From: Octopus sinensis
Taxonomy: Eukaryota
Direction: 5' to 3'
Assembly: GCF_006345805.1 (NCBI RefSeq)
Contig: NC_042997.1
Coordinates: forward strand, 157,418,001-157,482,000
DNA length: 64,000 nucleotides
Below the pieces are notes generated by a model that saw only the letters and a program-made list of their open reading frames with translations, did not search any database and was not told the origin of the DNA. The translations under genes were made by a program, and so were the position numbers. Each line of letters begins with the position of its first letter. The stretch's first letter is position 1. This document shows positions 12,589-24,900 of the stretch, in pieces.

Positions 12589-12970
12589 AGGCGCAGGAGT
12601 GGCTGCGTGGTAAGTAGCTTGTTTACCTACCACATGGTTCCGGGTTCAGTCCCACTGCGTGGCATCTTGGGCAAGTGTCTTCTGCTATAGCCCCAGGCCG
12701 ACCAATGCCTTGTGAGTGGATTTTGTAGACGGAAACTGAAAGAAGCCTGTCGTATATATATATATATGTATATGTATATGTGTGAGTATGTGTGTCTGAG
12801 AACCGATGCTGGTGTGTTTACGTCCCCGTCACTTAGCGGTTCGGCAAAAAGAGACCGATAGAATAAGTACTGGGCTTACAAAAAGAATAAGTCCCGGGGT
12901 CGAGTTGCTCGACTAAAGGCGGTGCTCCAGCATGGCCGCAGTCAAATGACTGAAACAAGTAAAGAAAAAA
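12589..12970 (+). mobile_element. SINE family A, near full length (tRNA-like head, internal TA/TG microsatellite)
   Basis: AGGCGCAGGAGTGGCTG.GTGGTAAG...GGTTCCGGGTTCAGTCCC head and ...GCGGTGCTCCAGCATGGCCGCAGTCAAATGACTGAAACAAGTAAAG tail; more than 10 copies in the window. Confidence 0.9.
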
Positions 12971-13234
12971 ACTCACTTCTCTACGATTATCTGGCACCAG
13001 TTGCTCTTCAGTTAACCACATGTAATTATTTTGTTAATGTTTGTCTAATATTGAAGTTACCTAAAATACCTTACCTCTATTCGAATGTATCATCATTCTC
13101 GCTGATTTCAATGCAAACAAATCGTTCTTGGTGCCAACACCAATCTGCAAGCGATCAATAAAATCCTCTTAAGGTTACTCCTCTATCATCCTCACCGTCA
13201 TTTACTACATATCATTTACAAAGTATCACAATTC

Positions 13235-13662
13235 CTTCGATCACTCAAATCTAGCAAGGAAACTGATCCTGATAGTGTCCATTCCATGTTCTTCAACTTT
13301 TATATTCTGTAGTTTGCATTTCATCAAGTTATTCGTTTCTCTTTTCACTCTCCATACAAAGATCAATCTCAATATTTGAAAAAAAAAAAATCAGAAACTT
13401 CAACTTCTTTGGCTCTGCCAACTAACAGTATATCGCCTTCATTCCCTGCCTCTCAATCATTTCATTTACCTCTCTAAATCTCATTCCACCCTAACTGATA
13501 CCTATTATGGCTTCCGTAGAAGTTTAAAAAGTGGTGACTTACAGTCACATGTCAATCACCAGTGATTTTCGGCGAAAGTAATTTGTTGAACTCGATATCA
13601 ACAAGACTTTCTACAGTGACTGGCCTGAACATTTTATAGCTAAGATGCCTGTTTATGGGATC
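13235..13662 (+). mobile_element. Decayed LINE reverse transcriptase fragment (CR1/L2-group-like)
   Basis: With frameshifts reads LRSLKSSKETDPDS, YGFRRS and LDINKTF...W.EHFIAKMPVYGI, matching the RT motifs K..GPD, QYGFR and LDISKAFD.VWH..L..K...YG. Confidence 0.65.
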
Positions 13663-14148
13663 TTTTATCTCTCTCATTTTTTGAATCAGACACTTTTTGT
13701 AAGGAAGTGATTTTCCTTGGTCCATATTCTGTTTAAAACGTGCCTCATCTACTATTAGAAGGGGTAAATTTTATGATTAGTTAATTTGCTTCTTTTTATA
13801 GTGATGTTATATTAGATTTCGAAACTGAAATCATAAAATTAGAACAACCATAAAATACCAAGGAAAAGATTAAATGAATAAAATGCAACACACGGACATA
13901 CACAAAAATGAGAATTGTTTTCCTGAAGATTCAGACTGGCATTAAACCCCGAGGCCAAAGCTAATCGGTATAAATACCCTAATAGGTATACATATATGTC
14001 TATAGACATAAATACTGTAGATATTCTAAATTCTAGTGAAGCCTTAATGAATAATTTTTTTATTATTGTTTAATTATTGGTAATTTTTAACTTTTACTAT
14101 TTTTTACCTAATAACGTTTAATATTTTAATACATTTTGTGCAAACTTG

Positions 14149-14191
<43 letters not shown>

Positions 14192-15013
14192 ATATCTCGT
14201 ATAATATTTAAATTTACCGAGATGAATTTCTACATAAAAAATTCTAGAATTTATATAAAATGTAGAACGAAGGCAGAAAAGCAAGAAAGCTTTTAACAGC
14301 ATTCGATAAACTTAGACAGATAGACACGCAATAAACAAATGCTTAAACAATCTTATGCAAGTTCCAACCAAATGAAAGAAAACGACGCTATCACAATAAG
14401 GAAGGGTTACAATAATAATAGATTCGATAATTTTGGATTAAGACGAATCTATTTCAATCTTTATTCAACAATATAAACAAATTTAAACGGATTATTAAAT
14501 ATAATATCACCCCTTTAAAAGTTAAACTGAACAAACTAATTAGAGCAATAAAAGCACAAATAGGAGCCATTTATGTTCCCACTTGAAGGGAATTCAGCTC
14601 GACATATGCATCAGATACAATTCCTATTGGAAATACACATAACAGTCACGAGACTACATTAATACACAACCAAGAACCTCATAAAACAGAATACAAAATG
14701 CATTTGACGTAACCATAGACTAACACTAAATTTAGTCTTATCAAAAACAAATTACTGTGATGTAAAATCACTGATGAGGTACTGATTACTAATGAGATTC
14801 GATTGCAAATATAGTAATTGTAACGTTCACAACTCCGTCTGTTATGCTGGCCATTCATGCACGACTTACTCTCGCTAGCCACCATGCTAGTGCAATTAAC
14901 TTCACAAGATAATACAAGACAAAGCAAGGCAGAAAAATATGAATGAAATACACATCTACATACTATAGAATATCTCGCAAAAAAAGATGGTAAATAATTA
15001 CATAAATATATTC

Positions 15014-15205
15014 AATAACGAACAAAGGATTGCTTTTGACTCAAAAGAAAAATTGATAGTAATGATGGTGGACAAACATATATCGATGTTCCTTTACGAA
15101 CAGGCAAATCTTCCCTTGTGTTCGTGAATATGACCAATAATGCTTGCTACAACTTCATTAGCTATTGTGGCTTGGCAACATTATTGAATCTGTGGCGAAC
15201 TGACT
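15014..15205 (+). mobile_element. Decayed Helitron PIF1-type helicase fragment
   Basis: NNEQRIAFD, frameshift, NDGGQTYIDVPLRTGKSSLV (Walker A-like; cf. N.EQ...D.I....GG.FFIDAPGGTGKT), then GLATLL..RT (cf. GIAATLL.GGRT). Confidence 0.5.
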
Positions 15206-15405
15206 ATTGTTGGTTTTAATTTCCCTTTCCTTTAAAATGTATTATATTATTGTCATATTTCTCCTAAAATTTCAACGGCTCGCTTTCTGGACGGTGCAAA
15301 CTTAATCTCTAATGTCCCACCGACATCTTGAAAGATGATGAAACAACTTTGACTAGAAATCTTTTTGTAGAAATTCATCTCGGTAAATTTAAATATTGTA
15401 CGATG

Positions 15406-15439
<34 letters not shown>

Positions 15440-15781
15440 CCAAGTTTGCGCAAAATGTATTAAAATATTAAACGCTATTAGTTAAAAAAGTAAAAGTTAA
15501 TAATTACCAATAATTAAACAATAATAAAAAATTATTCATTAAGGCTTTCACTAAGACAGGTAACCTAAATTTCAATAATTTACCGAATTAAAAAAAATAC
15601 CTGATATGAGAACAATTTTTCTGGAATTGAAAATAGAGGTAAAATTAATGATTGTATAACTAATTTTAAACAGAGAAATTAAAATTGGCTCTTTTTCTGT
15701 TACTTAGGTTTATATATATTTATAAATATTTATAAATAATAAATAAACCTAAATAAATAACTAAAAAGTGAATTTACGCCT

Positions 15782-15925
15782 ATATGCTGAAAATAGACGT
15801 CAAATACGCCCAGCCACAACAAACCTTCAATATATATACTCAGGTTGGAAGCGGGAAAGTAGACTGATTTAAAATTCAAAAATTATTCGGATAGTTTTGG
15901 ATTGAGCAATTTCTGGATTAGTCTA
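15782..15925. repeat. Diverged direct repeat, copy 1 (copy 2 at ~16287-16436)
   Basis: Both copies share AAAATAGACGTCAAATAC...CAGGTTG.AAGCGGGAAAGT.GACTGATT.AAAATTCAAAAAT.ATTC.GATAGTTTTGGATT. Confidence 0.8.
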
Positions 15926-16435
15926 ATAACTTTTTCTTCATCAGCAAAATATACTGAGCGAAATAAATGAAAATATTTATACATACCCACAGAAAAGCAT
16001 GCGTAAAATGCGAGTACATATAAATATTCACAAATATATACGCATCGAATTTTCTTAGTCCACCTCAACACGTATTTATTTCGTCAGAATAGTACAGAAG
16101 TAAATTAACTAACCCGAAGTGAATGGGATACGTTTAAACATAATTAAAGGATAAAATCATTAAAATTAATGAACTTTATCAACGATCAGCATATAAAAAA
16201 TAACCTTTTAGGTAAAATACATATATAGAGATATATAATTGTATAGGATACAGTTAAACTTAAGGGCATGGAAGCTACTATACCTACATGCTAAAAATAG
16301 ACGTCAAATACCTCCAGGCACTGCAAATCTTCCATATATAGACACACAGGTTGAAAGCGGGAAAGTGGACTGATTGAAAATTCAAAAATAATTCAGATAG
16401 TTTTGGATTCCAGAAATTGATCAATCCAAAACTAT

Positions 16436-16957
16436 CATTCATTTTCCAACACGGTCTCAGACTCAACACAGAGACCAACATCAAGTGCCTGGAGGAGATA
16501 GTGTTGCCCTGGGTCAAGAGGATGGCTGCTGGAAGACCCTTTGCCTGGCAACAAGACTGAGCACCATGTCACACGAGCAGAAGAATCCCGTCATGGCCGT
16601 CAGATAATTTCTGCAACTACATCATCTCTAACGCCTGGCCACCTAACTCTCTGCAAGCCAACTTGGGGCGTAGTTGAGCGAAAGACCAACAAAACTCCTT
16701 GTAACACCAAAGATGAACAGAAGGCAAGGATCATGGCAGCATTTATCAACTTAAACAAGTAGACCGCCCAGAAGAGTTGTAGGAGATTCCGAAGTCATCT
16801 GAAGGCCGTAGTTGAAACCAATGTCGATTTTATTGAATAAATTTACTCGTAAGGATTTCACTATATTTTAATGTAATTTTGGTACATATGTCTGATAAAA
16901 ATTCATGTTGTTTTCATTTTTACGTAATTTAGACGACACTTTATTCACTGGACCCTG
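16436..16957 (+). mobile_element. maT/DD37D Tc1-mariner element, 3' fragment with right TIR
   Basis: Reads GLRLNTETNIKCLEEIVLPWVKRMAAGRPFAWQQD*APCH...WPPNS. Ends GACGACACTTTATTCACTGGACCCTG followed by TA. Homologous to 38858-39973. Confidence 0.85.
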
Positions 16958-17049
16958 TATATATATATATATATATATAATATATATATAATATTATATA
17001 TATATATATATTATATATATATATATATTTGTGTGTGTGTGTTTGAATG

Positions 17050-17242
17050 TATGTGTTTGTCGCTCCGCCATCGCTTGAGACCAATGTTAGTGTGTTTACG
17101 TCCTTAACTTAACGGCGGTGTTCGGCAAGAGACCGTTAGGATAAGTACTAGGCTTACAAAGAATAAATCCTGGTTCGATTTGTTCGACTAAAGGCGGTGC
17201 TCCAGCAAGGCCGCAGTCAAATGACTGAAACAAATAAAAGAA
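17050..17242 (+). mobile_element. SINE family A, 3' half
   Basis: Matches the tail of 12589-12970. Confidence 0.85.
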
Positions 17243-17852
17243 TATATATATATATATATATATTATTTTCCTTAGTGATTGCACAGTGATCACTATAAGC
17301 TTTAAGTTTATATAAAAATACTATTATTATTATTATTTACAGGATTGTAAAACACGGCGCCGTATAGACAAAATAATAAAAAAAGACCCATTCGCACCGA
17401 AAGCATATATATATATTGTTTCGCTATGGTGGGTGGTTGCTGCCTATAAACGCTTCGAGATGTTTCATGACGTAGGTCTCTTCTCTTCTTTAAAGCCCTC
17501 TTGATAGGTTATTATTTACTTTACTTACTTTTATATATTTGTTTCATGTAACACTCAGTCGCTTTGTTTGTTTTCCTATAAATCTTACATATCAGTTGGT
17601 GTTTCGTATTCGCTTCGTTATCTTCATCTTAATATAGTTGTTATTAACTTACCATAGCTTGTACAGTCAACCTGTTCCCAACTTCTCTACTTCTTATACA
17701 TTGTTAGTTTTATTAATAGCACTCGAGTGGCAGTAGCAGCAGCAGTAGTAGTGGTAGTCATCGTCGTAGTATTAGTGATAGTAATAGTAGTATTTGTAAT
17801 ACTTGTAATTCTAGTAGTAGTGATGCTGTGATTCTGGTGGTGTTATAAATAA

Positions 17853-17853
<1 letters not shown>

Positions 17854-17904
<51 letters not shown>

Positions 17905-18103
17905 GTTGCTGCTGCTATTTTTTGTTGTTTTTGTTGTCTTTTTTTGTCATTTCATTATATGTAAACTCCACGCTTTGCGTCTTTGTATTGTCCTCCTCAT
18001 TCTTAGTCCTGGAGGCAAATTAAAGAAATCATCATCATCATCAACATCATCATTATTATTATCATCATTATTATAATTGTTATCATTATCATCATTGCTG
18101 TTA

Positions 18104-18157
<54 letters not shown>
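17854..18157. repeat. (CTA)n and (ATC)n/(ATT)n trinucleotide microsatellites
   Basis: Direct reading: 17854-17904 and 18028-18157. Confidence 0.95.
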
Positions 18158-18608
18158 TATAGGATTGTGCAAAAAGCTAGACGAACTCCATGGCTGATAA
18201 TCTCAAGTGACTCTGCCGTGTTCTTTCATAGAGACTGACACACACACGCGCGCGCGCGCACACACACATACACAGACACACGCACACACATACACAGACA
18301 CACGCACACACGCACGTGCGCACGGACACTCAAGCGTTATAAAGGAGTCACTTCATCACATGTCAGCCAGGTCACTATTTTAACACCTAAAATAATTTCA
18401 GACGTACTCCCCAGCTATTCACAAACCATAACCGAAATCATGTTTTTCCTTGTTTAGTCAAGATGACACTTTATTTTTGTTAATCTCAAAGTGGAAGAAA
18501 AAAGAGGGAAAATAGTTACGAATATATTCAAGCATTACGCATATAAAGTGTATATAAAACACACACATGCACACATACACACATACGTACGTACATATGG
18601 TATATATG

Positions 18609-18690
<82 letters not shown>

Positions 18691-18701
18691 AGATCTATAA
18701 G

Positions 18702-18733
<32 letters not shown>

Positions 18734-18769
18734 TTTCTTTTATATATATATATTTCTTTTATATATATT

Positions 18770-18969
18770 TGTTTCAGTCATTTATCTGCGGCGGCCATGC
18801 TGGAGCACCACTTTAGTCGAACAAATCGACCCCAGGACTTATTCTTTGTAAGACTAGTACTATTTTTTCGGTCTCTTTTGCGCACCCGCTAAGCTACGGG
18901 AACTTAAACACACTAGCATCGGTTGTCAAGCGATGGTGGGGGACAAACACAGACAGACAGACACACACA

Positions 18970-19025
<56 letters not shown>

Positions 19026-19412
19026 ATAATAAATATTAGTTTATAACTCGCTAAGAAGGTTTAGAAACCACCTGAAGAATGTCTAAGATGTGCTGACACG
19101 AAACAATCGTAGTGGTTATTCATTTGTTAAATTTTAATTTATATAAATTATCTTATATTTTATGTATTGGCTTAAGTCTTTCTTTGTTTGATTTGCATAA
19201 TAGTGGTTTTGTCTCTAATTTATTATAATATATATATATATATATATATACGAAGGCCTTCTTTCAGTTTTCGTCTACCAAATCCACTCACAAGGCTTTG
19301 GTCAGCCCGAGGGTATAGTAGAAGACACTGGCCCAAGGTGCCACGCAGTGGGGCTGAACCCAGAACATGTGGTTTGTAAACAAGCTACTTACCACACAGC
19401 CACTCCTACGCC
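18770..19412 (-). mobile_element. SINE family A copy split by an insertion in its internal microsatellite
   Basis: 3' half at 18770-18955 and 5' half at 19255-19412; a ~200-bp non-SINE insert lies at 19025-19220. Confidence 0.85.
19066..19117 (+). ncRNA. Minimal type-I hammerhead ribozyme motif (Penelope-like)
   Basis: AACCAC-CUGAAGA-A-UGUC...GACA-C-GAAAC-AAUC-GUA-GUGGUU: 6-bp stem I, intact core, GUA triplet, A.C mismatch at the base of stem II. Confidence 0.7.
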
Positions 19413-19437
19413 TATACATATATCTTGTGTATATATT

Positions 19438-19475
<38 letters not shown>

Positions 19476-20061
19476 CTCTATTTTCATAATATCGAGGTCG
19501 ACTTCATTCTTTTGTTGTCTTGCCATTTCTATCAATATATATATATATATATAAAAAGAAGGGTAAAGATAGCGCTTGATATTTAGCAAGCGGTATCTTT
19601 ACCCTACTTTTCTTCAAATATTTTATATTATACCTGTTTAGGTAGAAGTCTTGCTAGCCACCTCATCATTACCGTTTTTAACAGGAATAATATTTCACAT
19701 ATTTTCTTGCATATATATAATATATATATATATATAATATATATTATATGGATATATATCTATGTATGTGTATATGTATATATATATATTTCAACAATTG
19801 AGGGTAAAATTAATTAATTAATTAATCAATTTCACCAAGTATTCAGTATGCAAAGGGACCATTTAAGGCAAATTCAAATTATTACATTATATAAAAGGGC
19901 TTAGTAAAATAAATACTTTGCCGCATACTGAACTCGTTAGAAATAGCAGCTAAAAGAAATATTCTAACACTAAAGAAAAACCTCTCTCATATAGTGCTTG
20001 CTCAATTCAACCCAAGAAAGATGAGGGTAGAGACATTAAAAAATCAAATGCAAAGGTTATT

Positions 20062-20114
20062 TGAGTACGTACGTTTCAAGATTAGCCAAATTCGACCCTT
20101 CTCTCATCAGCTCA
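20062..20114 (-). ncRNA. Minimal type-I hammerhead ribozyme motif (left arm)
   Basis: Reverse complement of 20127-20179. Confidence 0.75.
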
Positions 20115-20126
20115 GATCAGGCATTC

Positions 20127-20179
20127 TGAGCTGATGAGAGAAGGGTCGAATTTGGCTAATCTTGAAACGTACGTACTCA
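20127..20179 (+). ncRNA. Minimal type-I hammerhead ribozyme motif with palindromic stem III
   Basis: UGAG-CUGAUGA-GAGA...UCUU-GAAAC-GUAC-GUA-CUCA; the stem III region ACGUACGU is a perfect palindrome. Confidence 0.75.
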
Positions 20180-20356
20180 AATAACCTTTGCATTTGATTT
20201 TTTAATGTCTCTACCCTCATACTTTCTTGGGTTGAATTGAGCAAGCACTATATGAGAGAGGTTTTCTTTAAGTGTTAGAAATAGTTCTTTTAGCTGCTAT
20301 TTCTAACGAGTTCAGTATGCGGCAAAGTAATTTATTTTACTAAGCCCTTTTATATA

Positions 20357-20390
<34 letters not shown>

Positions 20391-20478
20391 GTGTGAGAGA
20401 GAGAGAGTGCCTATATATGTAGGTATACATATGCATATTATTATACACATATATATATACTATATTATGTAATATTAT

Positions 20479-20532
<54 letters not shown>

Positions 20533-21679
20533 GCACACATATTGACTGCCTCAGAAGATGTTCTCTTTCTTCGGTTTTTCTTTGAGGCGTTTTAGATTGA
20601 AAATACTTTTCTAAACTAGACATGCAAACCTTCGTTAACATGTCTGGATGTGACTTGCCTCATGGCTGAAAAGTATATTACGAACAAGACAGAGGTCATC
20701 ACGCCTCTTAACCATAGAGGCATGAGGTTATTTTCAAATTTCCACCTTACGACCTCTCTAGTTAAAATTAATATAATGCACGTAACTATAGAGGTTTTCG
20801 ACTGAGTAGAATTATTTCGATCATTTATAACTAAGATGTGTTGAAGTCTTAAATTCCTATGGAATCACAAAACATCACTTGGAAGTGCATCGCAGAAATT
20901 TCCGAGTTAGTCTTGCATAACTCTATGAAATCTAAATATTTTTCCTTCTTTCGTGCAGTCAAAAAGAGGCACGTTATTGAAGATAAGAAAAATTGTGATA
21001 TTTGTCCAACTAAATACACACACACTTACACACACACACACATGCACACGAGTGTATACTTACATACATACACTTAGACATTGGGATTCTCATTGTAATA
21101 AAGTAAGTTATAATTCAATTATAACTCTGATTATCGATGCAGTTTGTAGATAAAATTCCACTTAAGGGTATTTAGTATTTATAAACAAGGAGCAAGGTAG
21201 ATAACACCTATAAGATCAATTAATTGAAGAATTTGAAAGATAGAAAATAAAATCTGGTTTAATTAGAACGAAACGTGTCCTTTGCTTTCCTTAGCAGTTG
21301 TCTTTAAAAACTAGATTTACTTCAATAACACATTATCTAAATTTTCGGAAAATTTCAGTTAACTGGTCTCTTTAGAGTCAATGGTTCCATTGTTTGTTCT
21401 TTTAAAATTTTAAGCGCCCTAGAAGAATGGGTTTGTTTTCTGTATCAATAGCTTAGCATTTTCATCTTATGCTCTAACGCATTAATATTATATACGCGGA
21501 ACTGTCCCCGAGGCATTTCCTTCGTCCATTTTACCGATATTCATAACCAGTGTCATTACAATCATCGATATCTCGTCCAATATATACAAAAACCCATACA
21601 CACACACGCACATACACACACAGGAATGTATGTATGTATGTATGTCTTCCCCCCCCTTCTACGTTTCTCTATCTCTCTC

Positions 21680-22270
21680 ACCTCCAGCCCCCTCGATCTG
21701 TCTCTTTCTTCTCCTCCCTCGTCCACCTTTCTTCTCTTTTCATCTGTCCCTTTCTCCTGTCTTTTGTTCTCACGTGACCGCTAGCCGCTGTTGAGCGCTC
21801 TTTCGTTCCAGCAGTAGCAGAAGTAACACGTATTTGTTCGTCTCCCTGCGGCCATTAGGCACAACTTCACAAGCCAGCCCCATACTCAACTGGTCTGTCG
21901 AAAGACCCTTGTCCTACGTCCTGTTTTGTTTTGTCGTATTTTTATTTTTGCGTTATTGTTTTTACGTTTTTGTATTCTATTGGTGTGTCACGTATTCTGT
22001 ATTTTGTCGTGTACTTCGTTTGTTTTCCGTCCTCGTGTTGTATACATTCGAAGCTTTCTTCCAGGGGATCTAATGCGCTTGGCTTAGATTTCCCTTGGCG
22101 GGCTGGCCATATCGGAGCAATCTCAAGATTAATCAGCCGAAATTGCTAAGATGATTTGGTTCTTGACTGATGACTGAGGGCTTCGAATGTCCCGTCCTGT
22201 GGTTCTTGTGTCGTCTCTGTGGTGTTTCATGTTCTTGTCCATGTCTGTAATTATTTTACTGTTTACCTAT
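21680..22270 (+). mobile_element. Non-coding interspersed repeat family G
   Basis: CT tract, TCACGTGACCGC, and ...CAGCCGAAATTGCTAAGATGAT..GGTT...GACTGA.GA... shared with the reverse complement of the 50227-51885 units. Confidence 0.65.
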
Positions 22271-22294
22271 ATTACATATACATATATATAATAT

Positions 22295-22362
<68 letters not shown>

Positions 22363-22460
22363 CGAGTTTATATATATATATGTATGTATGCATATATATG
22401 TATATATATATAAACACATATATATGTATGTATAAATATATATATATATACATACATACA

Positions 22461-22497
<37 letters not shown>

Positions 22498-22513
22498 CTA
22501 AGGTTAGCTCTCT

Positions 22514-22658
22514 TGGAATATATGTCAGGTATCGATCTTCTAGGTCGCCTCTTAAATCTGCGCCGATTTGCTGCCAATTCAAAAGTTTTCCAGTCTCTTA
22601 TTCGTGACCCCCTTTATGTAGATGACTGTGCCTTAGTCACTCATACAGTGGATGTCAT

Positions 22659-22662
<4 letters not shown>
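22514..22662 (+). mobile_element. Decayed RTE (BovB-like) reverse transcriptase fragment
   Basis: GIYVRYRS, frameshift, [32 protein letters not shown]; matches the RTE motif GIYIRYR..GKLFNLRRL.A.TKV....IRELLYADDCAL. Confidence 0.75.
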
Positions 22663-22690
<28 letters not shown>

Positions 22691-22735
22691 CCATATCCAT
22701 ATACATACACACACACACACACACATACACACACA

Positions 22736-22771
<36 letters not shown>

Positions 22772-22789
22772 ACACACGTATATATATAT

Positions 22790-23325
22790 ATATATGATGG
22801 GCTTCTTTCATTTTCCTCCTACCAAATACTCTCACAAGAATTTGGTCGGAACAGAGGTATAAGTAGAAAACATGTGCCCAAGATTGAACCCAAGATCACA
22901 TATATGGGAAGCAAGTTTTCCCCACAGCCAGGCTTGCAACTACATACATGTATGTATGCATGCATACGTGCGCGCGCATATTTTTATCTTCTTTTATCTT
23001 TTATGACTTTTTTCTTGTTTCAGTCGTTTAACTGTGGGCATGCTGGGGTACCACCTCAAAGGGCGTTAGTCGAACAAATTGACTTCAGGACTTATTTTTC
23101 AAGCCTAGTACTTATTCTATCGGTCTGTTTTGTCGAATCGCGCGTGCACACATACACATACACACATACAATTAGACATCCTCCACACGCACATACACAC
23201 GGTGAGCTTCTGTGGAGTTTCGTCTACGGTATCCATTCATATGCATTAGTACGGTAGAAGTCATTTGTCCAATGCGCTACGCTGCGGGAATGAACCATAA
23301 ACCACGTGATCACGAAGCAAATGCT
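22790..23325 (-). mobile_element. Fragmented, diverged SINE family A pieces
   Basis: Segments 22790-22930, 23012-23135 and 23200-23325 resemble the SINE A reverse complement. Confidence 0.65.
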
Positions 23326-23541
23326 TGAAGTACATCATCATGCAAATGACCTTGTATTTCATATAATTTCCTTAAGTAGATTCTAAGCGGAACACAACTT
23401 AAAAATACATTGACATTCGACCATCACTGTTGACTCTAGACTTCTAGAACTTTCCTCAGTCATACGCGCGCACACATACTTTAATTATTGAGCTATTTTT
23501 GCCTTCTTTACCAACCTATTCTCGTTTTGTCAATATAAGCA

Positions 23542-24140
23542 TTGAGGTCGACTTTGCCTTTCATTCTTTTCGGGGTCGATAAATTAAGTACCAGTTGCGA
23601 ACTAGGTCAATCTAATCGACTGGCCCCTCCCCCAAAATTTCGGTCCTTGTGCCTAGAGTAGAAAAGAATTTTTTTAGGCATTATAAGGCTGGCGAGCTGG
23701 CAGAAACGTTAGCACACCGGGCGAAATGCTTAGCAGCATCTCGTCTGTCGTTACGTTCCGAGTTCAAATTCCGCCGAGGTCGACTTTGCCTTTCATCTTT
23801 TCGGGATCGATTAAATAAGCACCAGTTACGCACTAGGTCGATGTAATCGACTTAATCCCTTTGTCTATCATTGTTTGTCTCCTCTATGTTTAGCCCCCTG
23901 TGGGCAATAAAGAAATAAATATTATAGGCATTATAAAGCGGTGAGCTGGCAGAAACGTTAGCACGTCGGGTGAAATGCCTAGAGGTATTTCGTCTGTTTT
24001 TACGTTCTGAGTTCGAATTCCGCCTTTTCATCCTTTCGGGGTTGATAAATTAAGTACCAGTTGCGTACATGGGTCGATCTAATCGACTGGCCCCCTCCCC
24101 CAGAATTTCGGATCTTGTACCTACAGTAGAAAAGAATATT
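23542..24140 (+). mobile_element. Three tandem SINE family B copies; middle copy has a 12-bp TSD
   Basis: Copies at 23542-23668, 23687-23918 and 23937-24140. TAGGCATTATAA occurs at 23675-23686 and 23925-23936. Confidence 0.85.
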
Positions 24141-24667
24141 GATTCATCTTATATAAATAGAATAAATAGTCAGCAACTGGCCGTTATCATAATCACACGT
24201 ATTCACCAATGGATGATTCATTCTACTTTCGGAAATTGGGCACGTTTTTATTATTCACGAGGTCAGTTGAACCGATAAATAGTCGAATAAAATGTTTTAC
24301 TATTTAATTGCATCCTATCTTAGTTCAACCGTACCAGAGACGATTTACCCTTCTACCTGTCTAAGGGCAGTAATTTATGATTTACGTCAATGTTAAAAGT
24401 CAATATCCACGCCTCAATTCCTTTCTTTTTTGTATAAGTGAATTGAAGCGGCATTGAAGGGAATGTAAACTTGTGTTAAAACCTCGGGTGGCTGAGAGTT
24501 AAATCTCTATTTAAGAGCCCCAATCCTCCCACATATTTCGTTGCCTTTTGACATTTTCTAGCTGCTGTTGGAAGATTTTTATATCTTCCTCGGCGGTGCC
24601 AGTCGACATGCTTCGGCAAAAGTGATTCTTCTGTTTCTCTGCCTTTCTCGATTTCTTTTCAAGATTA

Positions 24668-24900
24668 TTACAAGACACTGATAACATTGTCTATTGTTCC
24701 TTTCATCTGGTTTGCATGAATGAGAAATGTTCTTAACATTTCAGTCTGGTCTGTACGGGTCGAAATATTTGCTGTTTCTCTTTTAAAGCAAGCACTGAAT
24801 AAACCTCGGGGAAATGAGTGAGAATGAGTGTGAAATATCTTCCACAAGTTTGTAAGCAAGTCTTTGGAAAATTCACACGCTTTGGAAGTGACCTTGTAAC
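24668..24900 (-). CDS. Candidate terminal coding exon of an unidentified gene (GYKVTSKACEFSKDLL...IDNVISVL*)
   Basis: Strong acceptor on the minus strand (ATCCTCTTTTCCTTTCGACTTTTTATTTAG ending at 24901), non-repetitive sequence, 76 open codons. No recognised homologue. Confidence 0.3.

Larger units (their letters stand above)
19883..20361. repeat. Near-perfect fold-back inverted repeat (arms 19883-20116 and 20125-20361, 8-nt loop)
   Basis: Arms are reverse complements apart from a few differences, mostly 1-nt indels. Confidence 0.97.

Noticed and set aside
17343-17471. 129-nt open exon-like segment with AG/GT borders
   Set aside because: It includes an AT microsatellite and gives no recognisable peptide; expected by chance.
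22160-22200. Hammerhead in family G (CUGAUGA at ~22167; CUGAAGA on the minus strand of the 50227 units)
   Set aside because: No properly placed GAAA, and stems I and II cannot be formed.
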